From assembly GCF_009834535.1 (NCBI RefSeq), contig NC_045697.1:11906001-11970000 (forward strand): 64,000 nucleotides of DNA, written 5' to 3'. Of the stretch, positions 57,916-64,000 are shown piece by piece (positions within the stretch are counted from its first letter, which is position 1; each line of letters begins with the position of its first letter). This stretch comes from Camelus ferus. Its lineage: Eukaryota. Under the pieces are notes generated by a model that searched no databases, was not told the DNA's origin, and saw only the letters and a program-made list of their open reading frames with translations. The position numbers and the translations under genes are program-made.

Positions 57916-59711
57916 AGAGATGTGCATTTTTTAAAATTTGCACTCCTTTCTTAAAGAGGCTGGGGTAACGTGCTACTTCCTCCTCTGCACCCCTGTCGGC
58001 TCTGCCCACGCCCCTCTGGCGCCCCCACAGCACCCCACGTCGCGCTCTGCGGCAGAGACCGTGCTGGGAAAGGCAGTCGTGCATGTGGTTGTTCAATCCC
58101 TGCTTCAGCCCCGTGAGAGTGGGCCCTGGAACACCCCCTTATGCAGAGATAAAGAACCCTCACAGCCGTGCTGCGCTCACCACCTGGTGTGGGAGCATCT
58201 TTCCCTGCTTCAGGTTCAGCGTGTGCTCCTTTGTTCTGCTGAAGTGTGTAGGTCAGTGACCCTCAGGCATGCTCCCAGCTGTCAGCATTTCAGACTCCAG
58301 GAGGGACAGGGAGGGCACCTTCTGCTGCCACACAAGTGCCCTGTGTGGGCCGCTGGGGCATCTGCTAGCAGAGGGACCAGTGCACACTACAGGAGCCAAC
58401 CTTTCTTCTCTGTGGGAGTGAAGCGTTGATTCATTCAATGCTTGAAGACATTGTGGTTTCACTGGTGACTCCGATACGAAGATGCAGTGGGCAGAAGTGC
58501 TCGGACTTTTACTCCTGCTGGGTTGGTGCAGTGATGATCTTTGCTGTCTCTCTATGGAGTTGGGCTTCTCCGCTGGCATTGATAACCAGTGCGCGATATT
58601 CTGCTTGACAATCTGTTGATCCCAAGAATCTCAATTTTCAGCTGATATCCTGCTAATTTACTCTATTTTCCAGACTCTTTTACAGTTGTTTGTGGCCACA
58701 GGGCTTAGTTCTACTTAGTGAAATGTTGGAAAGAGCATTATGTGGGGCTCCTTAAATGGGAGGGGATTCACCTATCTTCACCCCTCTCCTTCCAGCAGGT
58801 TGGAAAGGGAATGTCATGGCTGGAGCTCCAGCAGTCATCCTGGACCACGAGGCAACACTCAGGCGAATGCTTTGCAGCTGGCAAGGCAGAGCAGAAAGAT
58901 ACAAAAGCCTGGCTCCCTAGAGCATGAATCTTCCATCCCAACCTGTGATTGTGTACGTCTCTGGTCCTCTAGTACATGGGGGAGGAATAACTTCTCACTG
59001 TTCGGGTTTTTCTGTTAGACATAGTCGAACCTAACCCTAGCTAATTAAAAGCCCATTTATCTTGCTCACTTTTGTATTCCCTGTACCTTTCATTATGTCT
59101 GGCACAAAATAGGTGCTCATGAGAATGTCTCATGAACCATAAACTAATGAGCGTGTATTAAATGGCCCACACCACAAACACAGTAAAAATGAGTATTATG
59201 CACTATACATAAAACATGTAGACATTTATAGTTTGGGGGATATTTTGGGGATAGCCAGGGATTTTTCACTGGAGCTTTGAGGACCCAATTGAGCTGCTGT
59301 TTACACTCCTCACTTCTTGAAATAACACACATAATCCTGCTTTTGCAGGAGTCCTGATGTCAGGCTGGCCTCATTGTCCGGGTGACAACAGACAGACAAG
59401 AAAGAGTGGCAGCTGCCCAGCTGGAAGCTGGCTGGGAGAGATGAGTGAGTGTTTTCATGATTATATTTATTTAGTATTTATAAATGATGACTGTCATCAG
59501 GAGCCAACCTCCAGGCTCCCAGGTGCTTTGTATCATAAAGCCTCTGGGGGTTTATGTTTTACATCATGTATTTCTTTTTCCATCACAGCGGTCTTCACTG
59601 TCAGCGCTGCATGCACAGCAAGCTGCAAAACCATACGGTCCCTTGACCTGGATTTTTGTAGCTCGAGGGAGTAAACTCACTATATTCCTTAAAAAATATA
59701 CCCGCCACTAA

Positions 59712-60353
59712 TTTTTTTTTAATTGAAGTATAGCTGATTTACAATACTGTGTTAGTTTCAGGTGTACAACAAAGTGTATCAGTTATACATATATATGTAT
59801 ATATCTGTATTCTTTTTTCAATTCTTTTCCATTATAGTTTATTACAAAATATTGAATATAGTTCTCTGTGCTATACAGTAATTCCTTGTTGTTTATCTAT
59901 TTTATATATAATAGTGTGTATCTGGTAATCCCATATTCCCAAATTATCCCTCTCCTGCTTCCCTTTCGATAACCATAAGTTTGTTTTCTATGACTGTGAG
60001 TCTGTTTCTCTTTTATAAGTAAGTTCACTTGTACTATTTTTAGATTCCACATATAAGTGGTATCATATGATATTTGTCTTTCTCTGTCTTACTTCACTTA
60101 GTACAATAATTTCTAGGTCCATCCAGGTTGCTGCAGATGGCATTATTTCATTCTTTTATGGCTGAGTAGTATTCCACTGCATACATATATACCACATCTT
60201 CTTTATCCATTCACCTGTTGGTGGACACTCAGGCTGCTTCCATGTCTTGGCTATTGTATTGCTTCTATGAACATTGGGGTGCATGTATCTTTTTGAATGA
60301 GACCTTTTGTCTTTTCTGGATATATGACCAGGAGTGGGATTGCTGGGTCATAT
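59712..60353 (-). mobile_element. 5'-truncated lineage-specific L1 3' end
   Basis: Poly(T) then attgaagtatagctgatttacaat...ggagtgggattgctgggtcata. TSD-like tacccgccactaattt / tacccaccgccaattt. Confidence 0.88.
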
Positions 60354-60437
60354 TACCCACCGCCAATTTCTTTTAAGGAGAAAGAAATCAGTCTTAAGAA
60401 GTAAAATACATCTCTCCTATGCACACATCCCCCTTTC

Positions 60438-61040
60438 GTTCAGTCATTTAGTGAATATTTACCAAGGGCCGGCTATGTAGCCGGTCCTCGGGATGGGGGG
60501 TACAGCATGCTCAAAACAGACCCGAATCCTTATGTGTAGGAAGCTAACATTCTAGTGAGAGAGTCAGACAATATGAAATAAGTAAAATAAACAAGCTGTT
60601 AATAAGTGATATATGTTAAAGGAAAGAATTAAGCAAAGAAGGGATATCTGAGGGGAAGGAGTTAAATTTTTACACCAGACAGTGAAGAAGTCTTCCTGGA
60701 GAAAGTGACATCTGCGTGAAGAGCTGATGGAGATGGAATCGTGAGCAATGAAGGGTGCAGGGAAGAGCACTCCCGGCCAAGGTTCGGGAGCAGGGTCCTA
60801 GGGATGTAAGGATGTGCAACGGGTGATGGAGCAGCGAGGGGCCAGTGCGGCTGAGGCAGAGTGAGTGATGGGGGCGTGGAAGAGGTGGGAGGGGGTGACA
60901 GGGCCGGGGTGTGGAGGTCCCGCAGCCCCCTGAAGAGCTTTGGGGAAGCCCTGGAGAGCTCACAGCACCATCTGACCCACAGTGTAAAGATCACCCCGGC
61001 GGCGGTGCTGAGAACAGGGGAAGCTGGGGGATCTGTCCGG
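60438..61040 (-). mobile_element. L2 LINE 3' part
   Basis: ttcagtcatttagtgaatatttaccaagggccggctatgt...ggagagtgacatctg... Confidence 0.7.
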
Positions 61041-61339
61041 AGACATCTCCCTTCTGGGTCCCACCAGTCATTCCCCCCTTTCCCTTCGTAATTCCTTCAA
61101 AGAATCTTCTTCCTCAGCCCACTTCAGAACCAAGAGCTACTTTGTGCTCCCTCTGTCCCCATCAAAATATGTTTCTGGATTCTTCCACCCCACCAGTCAG
61201 CAACGGCTGCCACTGTGAGCAGACTGACAACAGGCAAAGAGCAGTCTGAGGAGTCCTCACAAGATGAACTGGGTCTCTGTTCTCCCCACTGTTCAGTCAG
61301 AACTTCTTCAGGTGTAAGCAAAACTGACCCAAGCGTACT

Positions 61340-61853
61340 AGTGTTGTATGGCTGAGAAGGAAATTAGCACACTCAGCAGTGTGATGTGGCTAGGTTCTTG
61401 CTCAAGGGCTCGATGAACTAGGTGTTGGCCCACTGAGTTCTCATCTGGAGGCCCTGGGGAGAAATTTGTTTCCCAGCTAATTCAGGCTGTTGGCAAAATT
61501 CAGTTCCTTGTGGTTGCAAAACTGTCATCAGGGACTGCTCTTAGCGCCGAGAGGCCACCGGCATTCCTCAGTACACAGCTCCTCCATCTCCCTCACTGAA
61601 TTTTTCTCACACTTCAATTCTCTCTGATTTCTCTCTCTGTAATCTCTAGACCTGGACTTCAGGACTCATGTGATTAGGTCAATTCCACCTGGATAATCTT
61701 TCTGTCCTCAGGGCAATTTACTTGGAACCTTAATTACAACTGCAAAATCCCTTCACAGAAAACCCTGGATTTGGTATTTGATTGAATAACTAAAAGGTAT
61801 GTGTGTCCCAGGGGCTGGGAGTTTGGGGCCATGTTAGAATCTGCCTAGTACAC
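61340..61853 (-). mobile_element. MaLR (MLT1-type) LTR
   Basis: tcatctggaggccctggg...ggactcatgtgattaggtc...ggccatgttagaatctgcct. Confidence 0.7.
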
Positions 61854-62584
61854 AGGGAAAAGGGAGCCCATTGACCCCCGTGTCGAAGGACCTCCCAGAA
61901 TGGAGGGAAATGGTGTGTGAGGCAGCAAGGCCCTGGGGGCTGGGACTAGGACATGATGCGCCCACTCACTCACACTCTCTATCCTCACCTCTCACCTCTG
62001 CTGGCTTCTGCTCGTCTCCGTTCTGCAGACTTACTCTCCCCACGTAAGAAGGACAGCCAACAGTTGCCCTAGTTCCTGCAATCACAGTTCTGCTATTCCA
62101 GCAGAAAGGGAATTTCTATCTTCTAATATTTGAATATCAGTCCATTGAAGGGTTCCCCCAGCCCAGGTCACATGCTCATGGCTGGGATGGGAAGTGGAGC
62201 AGCAAGACTGAGGGTCCCCTAAGAACCACATGGAAAGGCGGACGGAATTTTCCAAAGGGGGGAAATGGAAAGCATGTTGGATAGACAGACAAACAGACCA
62301 ACTGTGACCCTAGTCAGCTGTCTCACTCTTTCCCCCAAAGACCTTAAATCCCCTCAGCGTATCTCCCTTTCCTTTTCTTACCTGACTGGTTAGTCTTGCC
62401 TTCTCTACCTCTCGGGGGGTTGGGATCCAGTTCTAGTATCCACAAGATTAAGTTCAAACCTACAAGAGTTGGGGGCATGGGGTGTGGCTAGACATTGGAG
62501 GAATAATGGTTTGTAGAATAATCCAGAAAGGATTCTGGACTAGAGTTTAGTCCTTGCTCTGTACCAACTGTGATATTGAGCATG

Positions 62585-63015
62585 TAGAGGGAGTCCACTG
62601 CTCAGATCCTCCTTCCAGAACCTGATGTGAGGAGTACAGCCAGTTGGTACCTTTCAATACACTGTGACTGTCACACCTAAGCCGCTTCTAGCCACCAACC
62701 AAGCCCAGTGGGAGGAACAAAGCTGGGCTATCTCTGCCCGACATAAGACTCTAATGTTCCATCTCGGCTCAGGAGCTCCTCATTGGCCCGGCTAAGACAC
62801 TTTCTTAGCTGGACTGCAGTCTGTGGATTCTCCTACCCACTCCTTCCTTCCCTCTCCCCTTTCACAGGTCTCAGCCCTGCATCATGGTCAGTAGGTGCTC
62901 CCCGTCTACTCCTGTTTCTTCTCCCTTTATTCTTCAGACACTTCTCCCAATGAATCTCTTGCTCATCTAAATTTGTCTTGGTGTTCCCTTTTTGGAAGAT
63001 CCAAACTGACACACA
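62585..63015 (+). mobile_element. Old ERVL LTR (LTR16-like)
   Basis: cagatcctccttccagaacc...cttctcccaatgaatctcttgc...ggaagatccaaactgacaca resembles the LTR16 terminus from memory. Confidence 0.55.
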
Positions 63016-63554
63016 TGTCAACACTCCATTTCTCATCTGTGACACCAAGGGAATTGGACTGGATGTCTGGGGTCTCTTCAAGCTCTAAAATTCCACCTAT
63101 TTGGGGGATTCTAGAAGGTTATCCCTGTTTGATGAGAGAAGAGAAAGAGGACTGAGCATCTAGCTCTCTGACCCACTACTACTTAGGGGCTATGACCATT
63201 GCTCATTTTTTTAAAATTTTTATCACAACAAAGAACCTTCCTTTTGATAATGTCTTATCAAGCAAGGTAAATAATTCTGGGTAATGTTTCAAATGGCTAT
63301 AAACATTTCAGGGACTGGCTGAAAACTCTACACATGGCTTGATGCATCACTTTGTGTTAGCTGATGGTTCTTATACTTCAGTAAACAGAAAAGACCCTTG
63401 GGGATACCTTATCACAGGCAGGTTCCTGGACCCAATGCATAGAGAGCTTCACTCAAAAGGAGGATGGTGGCTCCTGGGAATCTGCCTTTTCATCCAGCTC
63501 CTAGTGACTCTGACTCTGATTCATGGAATAAACTCTGAGAAATAAGAGCCTTGA

Positions 63555-63694
63555 GGGGAGGGTATAGCTCAAGTGGTAGAATGCATGCTTAGCATGCACA
63601 AGGACCTGGGTACAATCCCCAGTACCTCCTCTAAAAATAAATAAATAAGTAGACCTAATTACCTCCTCCCTACTCCCCAAAAAAAGAAAAAAAA
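63555..63694 (+). mobile_element. tRNA-derived SINE (camelid Vic-1-like) with TSD
   Basis: ggggagggtatagctcaagtggtaga (A box)...ctgggtacaatccccagtacc (B-box-like), A-rich tail, flanked by aagagccttga / aagagcttttga. Confidence 0.85.
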
Positions 63695-64000
63695 AAGAGC
63701 TTTTGATAGAGTAAATTTACATTTTCTTAAGATTTACAGTAATTTACTGAGAACCTATAGTGTGCTATGGGAAGCTATACAGAGTCATTAACTCTATGTT
63801 TGTGGGGCGGGGATGTGGGCCAAGATGATTTCTTGTAGGTGGTGATTTCTTGCAGCAGGTCATAAAAAATAAGAAGGAACTCATCTCCTAGCCAGCAACA
63901 TGGTAAAGGCACTCCCAGTTTGTTTGGATCCTGTTAGGCTAGGGGGCTAAGGAGTCCTGGGGTTGGTCAGCAACAGAAGAGACACTGGGAGGGAATGCAG

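Noticed and set aside
58005..58030. Second CTCF-like motif (cgcccctctggcg)
   Set aside because: Spacing of the G-run does not fit the core well; too weak to call without a matrix scan.
57938..58429. 163-aa ORF and the many other 60-190 aa ORFs in the track
   Set aside because: They overlap repeats or are alternate frames of exons, and their composition is not protein-like.
63555..63630. tRNA-like sequence
   Set aside because: Followed by SINE body, A-rich tail and TSD, so it is a SINE head rather than a tRNA gene.

Overview
Mammalian (eukaryotic) genomic DNA, most likely camelid, judging by a tRNA-derived Vic-1-type SINE at ~63.55 kb. The window holds 11 internal coding exons of FAM184B on the minus strand, equivalent to exons 2-12 of the human gene, at 36974 down to 529. 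All have canonical AG/GT boundaries and compatible phases, and they join into one open 2220-nt (740-codon) coiled-coil reading frame. Exon 1 and the 3' exons lie outside the window, so 36975-64000 is probably intron 1. The rest is intronic and dense with repeats: L1, L2, MIR, MaLR/ERVL LTRs, an intact solo ERV1-type LTR, a Tigger-type MITE and microsatellites. I found no evidence for a new biological system. The best second-look items are: a twin-primed L1 insertion with TSDs, a perfect 17-bp-arm hairpin, an in-frame cryptic splice donor in exon 7, a TSD-flanked poly(A) insert of unclear origin, a CTCF-like motif in an old LTR, a triple-nested insertion and several ultra-short L1 tips. Repeat family names and human-orthologue comparisons are from memory, not database searches. 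Repeat boundaries are approximate unless TSDs are given.
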